UHGV virus genome: UHGV-1639218
Source: a virus
Length of the DNA: 22,738 bases
Reading direction: 5' to 3' (one strand)
In this document: one piece after another, positions 6,891 to 15,609 of the stretch
Layout of the letters: the number at the start of each line of letters is the position of its first letter
Numbering within the stretch: the first letter of the stretch is position 1
Program-made: the position numbers and the translations under genes
The notes under the pieces: generated by a model
What the model saw: the letters and a program-made list of their open reading frames with translations, nothing else
Database searches by the model: none
Told to the model about the DNA's origin: nothing

Positions 6891-7091
6891 TCATTTCTCG
6901 TTATTTGTCATGCTGGCCGGGCGCAGATGCGTTGCATCTGTTGCCAGCCTTCTCCTGCAGGCTTCAATAACCCACGCTGAAAAGTTACCGGACCCTTTAT
7001 GCTCAAGGGCGATGTTGATCTGTTCAATTATGTGATTGGGGAAACGGATATTGCGGGTTGTGGTTCTGCGGGTCCGGTTTTTCGATGACAT
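6891..7091 (-). CDS. Ribbon-helix-helix-type small DNA-binding protein (YlcI/DUF3950-like)
   Basis: Minus-strand ATG at 7091 with SD AAGGA 8 nt upstream (track ORF extends to 7151). Translation MSSKNRTRRTTTRNIRFPNHIIEQINIALEHKGSGNFSAWVIEACRRRL has a beta-strand/helix/helix RHH pattern. Sits between lysis genes and terminase, as ylcI does in DLP12. Confidence 0.5.
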   Translation of the reverse strand: MSSKNRTRRTTTRNIRFPNHIIEQINIALEHKGSGNFSAWVIEACRRRLATDATHLRPASMTNNEK

Positions 7092-7132
7092 ATTTATTTC
7101 CTTTACTGATTGCCATATGACGGGGATTTTAC

Positions 7133-7498
7133 ATGGCTGAGCTTCGTACACTCCAGAGCAGAATCAAAACACTGAATACCCGACGGGTGAATATTCTGAA
7201 GGGTGAACAGCGTCGTGTCAGTGGCAGTGCACGTGTTTCCCTCAAGCGTCATATCTGGCTCAGGGACGCCGGGCAGTGCCGTCTCTGTGGTCGTGTGGTT
7301 GGCCTCTGTGACAGTGAACTCGATCACCGAATTGCACTTCAGTTCGGTGGTGGTAATGAGGAGACGAATCTCTGGACGCTCTGTACCGAATGCCATCGAC
7401 AAAAGTCTGCTCGTGAAGCGGCGGGTGGTATGCCGGACCCGACGCTGCCGGAGGTGTCCGGAGGTAGTGGCAGAGCGGACGACATCATCGGACTGTAA
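7133..7498 (+). CDS. HNH endonuclease (cos/terminase-associated, HK97 gp74-like)
   Basis: 121-aa ORF with an HNH motif (CRLCGR....ELDHRIALQFGG.....NLWTLCTECHRQKS). Located immediately upstream of the cos-like region and TerS, as in HK97-like cos phages. Confidence 0.8.
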   Translation: MAELRTLQSRIKTLNTRRVNILKGEQRRVSGSARVSLKRHIWLRDAGQCRLCGRVVGLCDSELDHRIALQFGGGNEETNLWTLCTECHRQKSAREAAGGMPDPTLPEVSGGSGRADDIIGL

Positions 7499-7587
7499 CC
7501 CGACCGGGGGGGGTATCATTCGGCGTAAAAAACGATCGCTCCGGACACCGCGCCCCCTCTCACGCAGAGAAAAAATTCCCGTTTCAG

Positions 7588-7715
7588 GCCAGTTAACATG
7601 TTAACTGGCTGTCCGGGCATTTTTGCGGTTTTTATCTTTATTATTCAGTTTGTTGTGCGAAAAAAAATGTTAACTGGCTTTTTCAGAAAATGTTAACCAG
7701 GCAGCAGTTAACATT
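7588..7715. repeat. Cluster of GTTAAC-containing repeats, including a perfect 22-bp palindrome, upstream of TerS (candidate cosB-like terminase binding sites)
   Basis: Perfect palindrome GCCAGTTAACATGTTAACTGGC (7588-7609). Further copies of AATGTTAAC(T/C)(G/A)G at 7667-7678 and 7690-7700, and inverted at 7705-7715. Confidence 0.5.
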
Positions 7716-7788
7716 TGCGGCATGAGACGCCGGGAAAAATGGGCTGAACCATACCCGGCTGAGTGCGTTCTGGACCCGGGAGGAGGCT

Positions 7789-8352
7789 GTGCTGACAACG
7801 CAAAAACGAAAATTTGCGCTGGCGCTCATGTCCGGGAAAAACAAAACAGCGTCAGCCATTGCCGCCGGTTATTCGGCGAAGACCGCCAGGGTTAAAGGCT
7901 CGCAGCTGGCAAAAGATCCGGAGGTGCTCGCGTTTATAGCCCGTAAACAGTGCGAAACGGTGGAGGTGGATGAGGTTCCTGTTTACCGGCAGAAAAAATC
8001 AGAGCAGGAGGATAAACCCCGTCGTCGTGAGGCGGCTGCAATACCACAGCCGGACGAAAACAATCCGGAGATGCCACCGCCCGCGGTGATGTCTCATGGT
8101 ATTGAATATATGGAGGATGGTCTTCCCGATCCGGTGAAAGCTATGGGGCAGATCCTGGTGGAAAACCTCAGCATTGATCCGAAACTGGCACTGGATGCGG
8201 CCTGGCGTCTGGCGCAGTTCACGCACCATAAAAAAGGGGATACCGGTAAAAAATCGGCAAAAGGTGATGCCGCGAAAAAAGCGGCTAACCGTTTTGCGGT
8301 GCCACCGCCACCCCGACTGGTGGTGAATAACGATAATGAGGGCAACGGATGA
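7789..8352 (+). CDS. Terminase small subunit
   Basis: GTG start with GGAGGAGG upstream. N-terminal HTH-like segment (KRKFALALMSGKNKTASAIAAGYSAKTARVKGSQLAKDPEV) typical of phage TerS. Stop overlaps the TerL start. Confidence 0.8.
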   Translation: MLTTQKRKFALALMSGKNKTASAIAAGYSAKTARVKGSQLAKDPEVLAFIARKQCETVEVDEVPVYRQKKSEQEDKPRRREAAAIPQPDENNPEMPPPAVMSHGIEYMEDGLPDPVKAMGQILVENLSIDPKLALDAAWRLAQFTHHKKGDTGKKSAKGDAAKKAANRFAVPPPPRLVVNNDNEGNG

Positions 8353-10010
8353 TACCTGTATGGAGCACAGCCTGCCCGGACTGGGCAGAGCGCCTGAAAA
8401 AGGGGCTGTCGATTATTCCGGCTCCGATTTATCCGGACCAGGCCGCACATGCCCTGGCGATTTTTAAACAACTGCGGATTGTGGATGCACCGGGTAGCCC
8501 GACGTTCGGGGAGTCCTGTGCACAGTGGGTGTTTGACCTGGTGGCGGCTCTGTTTGGCTCCTACGATGCGCAGACCGGTGTCCGCCATATCAAGGAAGTG
8601 TTCATTCTGATACCCAAAAAAAACAGCAAGTCCACACTGGCCGCCGGGATCATGATGACGGCGCTGTTACTGAACTGGCGGCAGGCGGCGGGTTACACGA
8701 TTCTGGCCCCGACTGTGGAGGTGGCAGCCAACGCCTTCAATCCTGCCAGGGATATGGTACGACGGGACGATGATCTGGATGACCTCTGTCAGGTGCAGAC
8801 ACATATCCGGACCATCACCCACCGGGTGACGGACACCACCCTGAAGGTGGTGGCAGCCGATCCGAATACGGTGTCCGGTATCAAGTCCGTGGGGACGCTG
8901 ATTGATGAGTTGTGGCTGTTTGGCAAGCAGTACAAGGCGGAGGACATGTTACGTGAAGCCATAGGCGGCCTTGCCTCCCGCCCGGAAGGGTTTGTGGTGT
9001 ATACGACCACCCAGTCGAATGAACCGCCAGCCGGGGTGTTCAGACAGAAACTGCAGTACGCCCGGGATGTGCGCGACGGCAAAATTAATGATCCGCACTT
9101 TCTGCCGGTGATATTTGAACACCCTCCTGAAATGGTGGAAAGCGGGGCTCACCTGCTGATGGAAAACCTCGCCATGGTCAATCCGAATCTCGGCTATTCA
9201 GTGGATGAGGCCTTTCTGTACCGGGAGTACCGTAAAGCCCGGGAAGCCGGTGAAGAGACATTCCGGGGGTTCATGTCAAAACACGCCAATGTGGAAATTG
9301 GTCTTGCCCTGCGCTCTGACCGCTGGGCGGGGGCTGATTTCTGGGAAGAGCAGGGCCGTTGTATCAGCCTGGACGATATCCTGCGTCGTGCTGATGTGGT
9401 GACGGTGGGGATTGACGGCGGAGGGCTGGATGATCTGCTGGGGATGTATGTGATTGGGCGTGACCGGGAGACCCGCGAATGGCTGGGCTGGGGCCATGCC
9501 TGGGCGCATGAAACCGCGGTGGTCCGACGGAAGAGCGAGGCGTCCCGGTTTCAGGATCTTGTTGCCTGTGGAGATATGACCATTGTCCGGCGTGTCGGGG
9601 ATGACACGGCGGAAGTGGCGGAATATGTGCGTCGCATTCATGAGGCTGAGTTACTGGACCATATCGGTATTGACCCGTCAGGGGTGGGACAGATTCTGGA
9701 TTCACTGGCGGAAGCCGGGATCCCCGACGGAATTGTGGTGGGGATAAGCCAGGGCTGGAAACTGGGCGGGGCCATTAAAACCACCGAGCGCAAACTGGCT
9801 GAAGGGGTGCTGGTGCATGGTGACCAGCCCCTGATGGCCTGGTGTGTCGGCAATGCCCGGGTGGAGCCTAAAGGTAACGCCATTCTTATCACCAAACAGG
9901 CCAGTGGACGGGGAAAAATTGACCCGCTGATGGCGCTGTTCAATGCGGTCTCCCTGATGTCCCTTAACCCGGAACCGAAAAAGAAAGAATATGCGGTTTT
10001 TTTCATATAA
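8349..10010 (+). CDS. Terminase large subunit
   Basis: 553-aa ORF overlapping the TerS stop (ATGA). P-loop-like segment (VFILIPKKNSKST) and overall length typical of HK97-type TerL. Confidence 0.85.
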   Translation: MIPVWSTACPDWAERLKKGLSIIPAPIYPDQAAHALAIFKQLRIVDAPGSPTFGESCAQWVFDLVAALFGSYDAQTGVRHIKEVFILIPKKNSKSTLAAGIMMTALLLNWRQAAGYTILAPTVEVAANAFNPARDMVRRDDDLDDLCQVQTHIRTITHRVTDTTLKVVAADPNTVSGIKSVGTLIDELWLFGKQYKAEDMLREAIGGLASRPEGFVVYTTTQSNEPPAGVFRQKLQYARDVRDGKINDPHFLPVIFEHPPEMVESGAHLLMENLAMVNPNLGYSVDEAFLYREYRKAREAGEETFRGFMSKHANVEIGLALRSDRWAGADFWEEQGRCISLDDILRRADVVTVGIDGGGLDDLLGMYVIGRDRETREWLGWGHAWAHETAVVRRKSEASRFQDLVACGDMTIVRRVGDDTAEVAEYVRRIHEAELLDHIGIDPSGVGQILDSLAEAGIPDGIVVGISQGWKLGGAIKTTERKLAEGVLVHGDQPLMAWCVGNARVEPKGNAILITKQASGRGKIDPLMALFNAVSLMSLNPEPKKKEYAVFFI

Positions 10011-10035
10011 CCCTGTTCACACTGTAACCATCACG

Positions 10036-10057
10036 AACCGCTCCGGCGGTTTTTTTA
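10036..10057 (+). terminator. Hairpin plus U-tract between TerL and the capsid gene
   Basis: AACCGC (10036-10041) pairs with GCGGTT (10046-10051), followed by a T-run, then RBS AGGAGG and a GTG start. Confidence 0.5.
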
Positions 10058-10073
10058 TTTTCAGGAGGCTGAT

Positions 10074-12011
10074 GTGACTCTTAAACGGGCCTGTTCCCTG
10101 CTGACGGTGAAATCCTTCAGTGAGGATGAACGGGTGATCACCGGGATTGCGTCAACGCCTTCTCCGGATCGGGATGGTGACATCCTGGAGCCGGAGGGCG
10201 CGGAGTTTGGCAGTGCGATCCCGTTTCTCTGGCAGCATGACCATTCCCGCCCGGTGGGGCAGTGTACGGTGCGCCGGGTCAGCGAAGGGCTGGAAATCAC
10301 GGCAACACTGGTGAAGCCCGTACCGGATATGCCGTCGCAACTGGCTGCCCGGCTGGATGAGGTCTGGGCGGCCATTAAGACCGGGCTGGTCAGGGGGCTG
10401 TCCGTGGGCTTCCGTCCCCATGAATACACCTTTCTGGACGGAGGCGGACTGCATTTTCTGCGCTGGGAACTGATGGAGGTGTCTGCCGTCACCGTGCCCG
10501 CGAATGCGGAATGCACCATCCGGACCATTAAATCTTACGACCGCCCGTTTTCTGCCGCGTCCGGCAACCGGAAACCGGTGGTGAAAATCGCATCTTCTGC
10601 CGGCGCTGCGGCACAGTCAACAACCGTTTTTCATAAGGAAAAGACCATAATGAATATTGGCGAACAGATTAAAAGTTTTGAAAACAAGCGTGCAGCGCTG
10701 GCAGCCTCCCTTGAGGAGGTCATGACCAAAGCCGCAGAGGAAGGGCGCACGCTGGATGTGGAGGAGGAAGAGCATTACGACAACACCGCAGCGGAAATCC
10801 GTCAGGTGGATGCGCACCTGAAGCGCCTGCGTGAACTGGAAGCCGGTAAGGCCGCCACGGCGCAGCCGGTGAAACAGGCCGGTAACGGGAATGTGGCCGC
10901 GGTGGCTTCTGCGCCGGTGATCCGTGTGGAGCAGAAACTGGATAAGGGGATTGGCTTCGCCCGCTTTGCCAAATCGCTGGCTGCGGCTAAAGGCGTCCGA
11001 TCTGAAGCCCTGGAAGTGGCCCGTCGTCAGTATCCGGATGACAGTCGTCTGCATCATGTCCTGAAATCGGCAGTGGGCGCGGGGACCACCACGGATCCGC
11101 AGTGGGCAGGCAGCCTGTCTGAATATCAGGAATACGCACAGGACTTTATTGATTACCTGCGTCCGCAGACCATTATCGGGCGATTTGGTCAGGGCGGGAT
11201 CCCTGCACTTCGTCAGGTGCCATTCAATATCCGTGTGCACGCCCAGGTGTCCGGCGGTGCTGCCGGCTGGGTGGGTGAGGGTAAGGCAAAACCCCTGACG
11301 AAGTTTGATTTTGAATCCATCACCTTCAGTCATGCGAAGGTGTCGGCCATTGCGGTACTGACGGAAGAATTGATCCGTTTTTCCAGTCCGGCTGCTGATG
11401 CACTGGTCCGTAATGCGCTGGCGGAAGCGGTGGTGGCGCGTCTGGATACAGACTTTGTGGACCCGAAAAAAGCCGCAGTGGCAGATGTCTCCCCGGCGTC
11501 CATCACCCATGATGTGAAGGGCACGGCATCAACCGGTAACCCGGATGCGGATGCAGAGGCTGCGTTTGGACAGTTTGTGGCAGCAAACCTGCAGCCCACC
11601 GGTGCGGTCTGGCTGATGTCCAGCACCAATGCCCTGGCACTGTCCATGCGTAAAAATGCGCTGGGTCAGAAGGAATACCCGGACATGACCCTGCTGGGTG
11701 GCTCCTTCCAGGGGCTGCCGGTGATTGTCTCCCAGTACGTGGGTGACCAGCTGGTGCTGGTGAATGCCCCGGATATTTATCTGGCGGATGACGGCGGCGT
11801 GGCAGTGGATATGTCCCGCGAGGCATCACTGGAAATGCAGTCTGAGCCGACCGGCGACAGTACCACGCCGTCCCCGGTGGAGCTGGTTTCCATGTTCCAG
11901 ACAGGCAGCGTGGCCATCCGTGCGGAGCGCTGGATCAACTGGCGTCGTCGCCGTACCGCGGCGGTGGCGGTGATCACCGGAGTGAACTACGGCAGTGCGT
12001 CCGGCGGCTGA
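10074..12011 (+). CDS. HK97-type prohead protease fused in frame to the major capsid protein (645 aa); internal start at 10650 would give the capsid protein alone (453 aa)
   Basis: N-terminal about 190 aa carry HK97 prohead-protease motifs (WQHDHSRPVG, GLSVGF, HFLRWELMEVSAVTVPAN). From ATG 10650 (preceded by AAGGAAAA) a scaffold-like coiled-coil segment and an HK97-fold capsid domain follow. Single uninterrupted ORF in the track. Confidence 0.75.
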   Translation: MTLKRACSLLTVKSFSEDERVITGIASTPSPDRDGDILEPEGAEFGSAIPFLWQHDHSRPVGQCTVRRVSEGLEITATLVKPVPDMPSQLAARLDEVWAAIKTGLVRGLSVGFRPHEYTFLDGGGLHFLRWELMEVSAVTVPANAECTIRTIKSYDRPFSAASGNRKPVVKIASSAGAAAQSTTVFHKEKTIMNIGEQIKSFENKRAALAASLEEVMTKAAEEGRTLDVEEEEHYDNTAAEIRQVDAHLKRLRELEAGKAATAQPVKQAGNGNVAAVASAPVIRVEQKLDKGIGFARFAKSLAAAKGVRSEALEVARRQYPDDSRLHHVLKSAVGAGTTTDPQWAGSLSEYQEYAQDFIDYLRPQTIIGRFGQGGIPALRQVPFNIRVHAQVSGGAAGWVGEGKAKPLTKFDFESITFSHAKVSAIAVLTEELIRFSSPAADALVRNALAEAVVARLDTDFVDPKKAAVADVSPASITHDVKGTASTGNPDADAEAAFGQFVAANLQPTGAVWLMSSTNALALSMRKNALGQKEYPDMTLLGGSFQGLPVIVSQYVGDQLVLVNAPDIYLADDGGVAVDMSREASLEMQSEPTGDSTTPSPVELVSMFQTGSVAIRAERWINWRRRRTAAVAVITGVNYGSASGG

Positions 12012-12222
12012 GTCTGATAAGGAGGACGGGAGGCGTGCGCCTCCCGTAACAGGTTATGGCAAAGATCCGATATCTGCAGGGCACGCATGATGCCCGGGCC
12101 GGGGATATCCGTGATGTGGCACAGCCGTGTGCGGAGGTGCTGGTTCGCCTGGGAAAGGCGGAGTACATCACGGTGCGACGTCCGGCAGGTCAGAAAAAGA
12201 AACGTGATGCGGAGCATGGCGA

Positions 12223-13587
12223 ATGTGGAACCTTTTACGGCGAACCCGAAAAAACCAGAAATCAGGACGTGACGTAAGAGAGGCGGGCTGGACCAGCCTG
12301 TTTCAGGCGGTGGCTGAGCCCTTTTCCGGCGCCTGGCAGCAGGGCGTGAAAGCCGATCCTGAAGCCGTCCTCTCCTTTCATGCGGTGTTTGCATGTATTT
12401 CGCTGATATCCCAGGATATCGCCAAAATGCGGCTGCGTCTTATGCAGACGGATGCGCATGGGATACGCAGGGAAACGCGCCGGGGGGATATTGCCCGCCT
12501 CTGTCGTCGTCCCAACGCCCAGCAGAACCGCATCCAGTTTTTTGAACTGTGGCTGAACGCCAAACTGCGTCACGGCAATACGGTGGTGCTGAAAATCCGT
12601 AATGCCCGGGGGCAGATCAAAGAACTGCGTATTCTGGACTGGAGCCGGGTTGAACCTCTGGTGGCGGATGACGGCGAGGTGTTCTACCGCATCACGCCGG
12701 ACCGGAACTGCGGGATCACGGAGGCGGTGACGGTGCCTGCCCGGGAAGTGATCCACGACCGGTTTAACTGTTTTTTTCATCCGCTTATAGGATTGCCGCC
12801 GGTGTATGCCGCCGGGCTGGCGGCCACGCAGGGGCATCATATTCAGGAAAATTCGACGTCTTTTTTCAGAAATGGCGGCAGGCCGTCCGGGGTGATTGAG
12901 ATCCCCGGCAGTATTACGGAAGAAAATGCGAAAAAACTGAAGAGCAACTGGGACAGCGGGTATACAGGCGAAAATGCGGGGAAAACGGCCATTCTGAGCA
13001 ACGGGGCAAAATACAACCCCACGACGTTTTCACCTGTGGATGCGCAGACGGTGGAACAACTGAAGATGACCGCTGAAATTGTCTGTTCGGTGTTCCGTGT
13101 CCCGGCCTACAAGATTGGCGTGGGACAACCGCCTTCCAGTGACAACGTGGAGGCGCTGGAGCAGCAGTATTATTCCCAGTGTCTGCAGACGCTGATTGAG
13201 TCCATTGAACTGTTACTGGATGAGGCGCTGGAAACGGGGGAAAACGAGAGTACAGAATTTGATGTCACCACGCTGCTGAGAATGGACAGTGAGCGGCGCA
13301 TGAAAACGCTGGGGGATGCGGTGAAAAATACGCTTCTCACGCCCAATGAGGCCCGTAAACGGGAGAACCTGCCGCCCCTGGCCGGCGGTGATGCACTGTA
13401 TCTTCAGCAGCAGAACTACAGTCTGGAGGCGCTGTCCCGTCGTGATGCCCGTGAGGATCCGTTCTCGTCTGCCGGGAAAACAGTTTCATCACAGCTGCCT
13501 GACGGCGCATCTGACGGTAATAAGGCAATCAGTGAAACAGAGCGTGATGCGGTGAAAGCGATGTTCAGGGGGATACTGAGAAAATGA
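12223..13587 (+). CDS. Portal protein (HK97 family)
   Basis: 454-aa ORF with portal-like N-terminus (SG..V......AVFACISLISQDIAK) and a conserved central block (FFRNGGRPSGVIEIPGSITEENAKKLKSNWDSGYTGENAGKTAILSNGAKY). Stop overlaps the next gene (ATGA). Confidence 0.7.
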   Translation: MWNLLRRTRKNQKSGRDVREAGWTSLFQAVAEPFSGAWQQGVKADPEAVLSFHAVFACISLISQDIAKMRLRLMQTDAHGIRRETRRGDIARLCRRPNAQQNRIQFFELWLNAKLRHGNTVVLKIRNARGQIKELRILDWSRVEPLVADDGEVFYRITPDRNCGITEAVTVPAREVIHDRFNCFFHPLIGLPPVYAAGLAATQGHHIQENSTSFFRNGGRPSGVIEIPGSITEENAKKLKSNWDSGYTGENAGKTAILSNGAKYNPTTFSPVDAQTVEQLKMTAEIVCSVFRVPAYKIGVGQPPSSDNVEALEQQYYSQCLQTLIESIELLLDEALETGENESTEFDVTTLLRMDSERRMKTLGDAVKNTLLTPNEARKRENLPPLAGGDALYLQQQNYSLEALSRRDAREDPFSSAGKTVSSQLPDGASDGNKAISETERDAVKAMFRGILRK

Positions 13588-14483
13588 CGGAACGGGAACT
13601 GTCCATTATTCGTGCACTGGGAGAAGAATTCTCCACAGTGCTGGCGGATTTACAGCGCACATTTGAGGGGAAGATGGCCTCGCAGGCACAAGCGTTTGAA
13701 GAGAAACTGACTTCCCTGTCGGCGGTATTACAGAAGCATGTGACGGTGGATGAGGTGCGTCCGGTTCTGCAGGCGATGGTGGATGACGCTGTGGGGGCCA
13801 TTCCGGTACCGCGTGATGGTCGTGATTATGATCCGGATGTACTGCAGCAGGCGGTGAATGATGCGGTCGCAAATATTCCGCAGCCGGCGGACGGTAAAAG
13901 TCTCACCCCGGATGATGTGCGTCCGATGCTTGAACAGATGGTGAAGGAGGCTGTAAGCCATATCCCTGTTCCGCGTGATGGTCGTGACTACGATCCGGAT
14001 GTTCTGCAGAAGGCGGTTCTGGATGCGGTGAGTGCCCTGCCGGCTCCGCAGGACGGGCGTGATGCCACGGCTCTGGAAATACTCCCCGCCATTGACGATC
14101 AAAAATCCTTTCCCCGGGGCACGTATGCCACACACCAGGGCGGACTCTGGCGGGCGTATGAAAAAACGCACGGGATGCGGGGATGGGAATGCCTGGTTGA
14201 CGGGGTGGCGGATATTGACGTCAGCATGACGGGTGAGCGGTTGTTCTCTGTGGTGGTCCGGCAGAGCAGTGGCCAGCGTACGGAAAAAACATTTTCCCTG
14301 CCGGTGATGCTCTACCGCGGTGTGTTCAGAGCCGGTGAAACCTACCACCCCGGTGATACGGTGACGTGGGGGGGCTCGCTGTGGCACTGCAACAGTATGA
14401 CCGAAGATAAACCCGGAGAAGCTCATTCATCAGCCTGGACCCTGGCTGCAAAACGTGGGCGGGATGCAGGAGGCGGAAAATGA
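13584..14483 (+). CDS. Hypothetical head-module protein with tandem 54-aa repeats
   Basis: 299-aa ORF coupled to portal. Contains two 162-bp tandem repeats (13755-13916 and 13917-about 14078) encoding VRP.L..MV..AV..IPVPRDGRDYDPDVLQ.AV.DAV...P.P.DG. Lies between portal and head-tail connector. Confidence 0.4.
   Translation: MTERELSIIRALGEEFSTVLADLQRTFEGKMASQAQAFEEKLTSLSAVLQKHVTVDEVRPVLQAMVDDAVGAIPVPRDGRDYDPDVLQQAVNDAVANIPQPADGKSLTPDDVRPMLEQMVKEAVSHIPVPRDGRDYDPDVLQKAVLDAVSALPAPQDGRDATALEILPAIDDQKSFPRGTYATHQGGLWRAYEKTHGMRGWECLVDGVADIDVSMTGERLFSVVVRQSSGQRTEKTFSLPVMLYRGVFRAGETYHPGDTVTWGGSLWHCNSMTEDKPGEAHSSAWTLAAKRGRDAGGGK
13755..14078 (+). repeat. In-frame tandem repeat, 2 x 162 bp
   Basis: Unit starting GTGCGTCCG at 13755 and again at 13917; period 162 bp (54 codons). 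Confidence 0.8.
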
Positions 14484-14806
14484 CGGCATTACTGACACTG
14501 GAAGAGATCAAGGCACATCTGCGTGTCGACCATGACGCGGATGATGACATGCTGATGGACAAGGTTTGTCAGGCTACCGCCGTGCTGCTGGCCTACATTC
14601 AGGGCAGCCGGGATAAAGTGATCCGTGAGGACGGTGAACTGATCCCGGGCGAGGCATTAACCCGGATGAAGGGGGCTGCCATGCGACTGACCGGGATGCT
14701 GTACCGGAATCCGGATCTTGCGGAGCGGGAAGAACTGATTCAGGGGGAGCTGCCGTTTTCTGTTTCCGTGCTGATTTACGATTTGCGTTGTCCGACGGTG
14801 TTATGA
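14480..14806 (+). CDS. Head-tail connector protein (gp6-like)
   Basis: 108-aa ORF with N-terminus LTLEEIKAHLRVDHDADDDMLMDKV characteristic of gp6-like head-tail connector proteins. Position after the head genes. Confidence 0.65.
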   Translation: MTALLTLEEIKAHLRVDHDADDDMLMDKVCQATAVLLAYIQGSRDKVIREDGELIPGEALTRMKGAAMRLTGMLYRNPDLAEREELIQGELPFSVSVLIYDLRCPTVL

Positions 14807-14815
14807 GGAGGGGGA

Positions 14816-15166
14816 ATGGCAATATCTGCAGGTCGTCTGACACAGATGATAAGTGTTCTGAATCCGGTGTTAACCCGTAACGCTGCCGGAGAAATGACGG
14901 AAGAATGGGTGTCATGCGGGAAAATTCATGCGGATATCCGTGGCAGGAGCAGCCGGGAGCGGATGCAGTCCGGTGCGGAAATGGCGCAGGCGGAAATCCG
15001 CATCTGGGTGCGCGGTCAGTCCGGCCGGGAAATCACGGCAGCGTCACGACTTCATGTGCTGAGTGGTCCATGGCGTGACCGGATCCTGAACGTTGTCGGG
15101 CTGCCCGTGCCGGATGCGACTGGTGGGCGTCTGGAAATTCTCTGTCGGCTGGGAGGGGAAAAATGA
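14816..15166 (+). CDS. Head closure / head-tail adaptor protein
   Basis: 116-aa ORF starting M..SAGRL.Q.I, typical of the head-tail adaptor family. RBS GAGGAGGGGG upstream. Confidence 0.65.
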   Translation: MAISAGRLTQMISVLNPVLTRNAAGEMTEEWVSCGKIHADIRGRSSRERMQSGAEMAQAEIRIWVRGQSGREITAASRLHVLSGPWRDRILNVVGLPVPDATGGRLEILCRLGGEK

Positions 15167-15609
15167 TCGAAACCCTGCTGGATTTTTCGGGGCTGGAGGA
15201 CATCAGCCGCGATTTGCAGCTTCTGAGTGGTGCAGAAAATAACCGGGTGCTGCGTGAGGCAACCCGTGCGGGTGCGAATGTGCTGAAAGAAGAAGTGGTG
15301 TCACGGGCACCGGTACGCAGGGGAAAACTGCGCCGCAATGTGGTGGTCCTTTCCCGGCGCTCCCGCGATGGCGGGATGGAATCCGGTGTGCATATCCGGG
15401 GTGTTAATCCGGACACCGGTAACAGCGATAACACCATGAAGGCGGATAACCCGCGCAACGCTTTCTACTGGCGGTTTGTGGAAATGGGGACCGTGAATAT
15501 GCCACCGCACCCGTTTGTGCGTCCGGCGTTTGATGTGCGCAGTGAACAGGCAGCGCAGGTGGCGATTGCTCGGATGAACCGGGCCATTGATGAGGTACTG
15601 AGACGATGA
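15163..15609 (+). CDS. HK97 gp10-family neck/tail component
   Basis: 148-aa ORF with C-terminal motif FVEMGTVNMPPHPFVRPAFD resembling the HK97 gp10 family. Translationally coupled (ATGA overlap). Confidence 0.55.
   Translation: MIETLLDFSGLEDISRDLQLLSGAENNRVLREATRAGANVLKEEVVSRAPVRRGKLRRNVVVLSRRSRDGGMESGVHIRGVNPDTGNSDNTMKADNPRNAFYWRFVEMGTVNMPPHPFVRPAFDVRSEQAAQVAIARMNRAIDEVLRR

Noticed and set aside
10617-11829. Long minus-strand ORFs (297 aa and others) antisense to the capsid gene; similar cases opposite the repeat protein (13728-14426) and G/T region (16786-17502)
   Set aside because: Typical antisense shadow ORFs in GC-rich coding DNA: no RBS, low-complexity Arg/Pro/His-rich translations, and complete overlap with well-supported plus-strand genes.
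12056-12277. 73-aa ORF between the capsid and portal genes (overlaps the portal start by 55 nt)
   Set aside because: Weak RBS, no recognisable features, and it overlaps the better-supported portal start. Could be real, but the evidence is insufficient; a strong SD at 12021-12025 leads only into a 4-codon frame.
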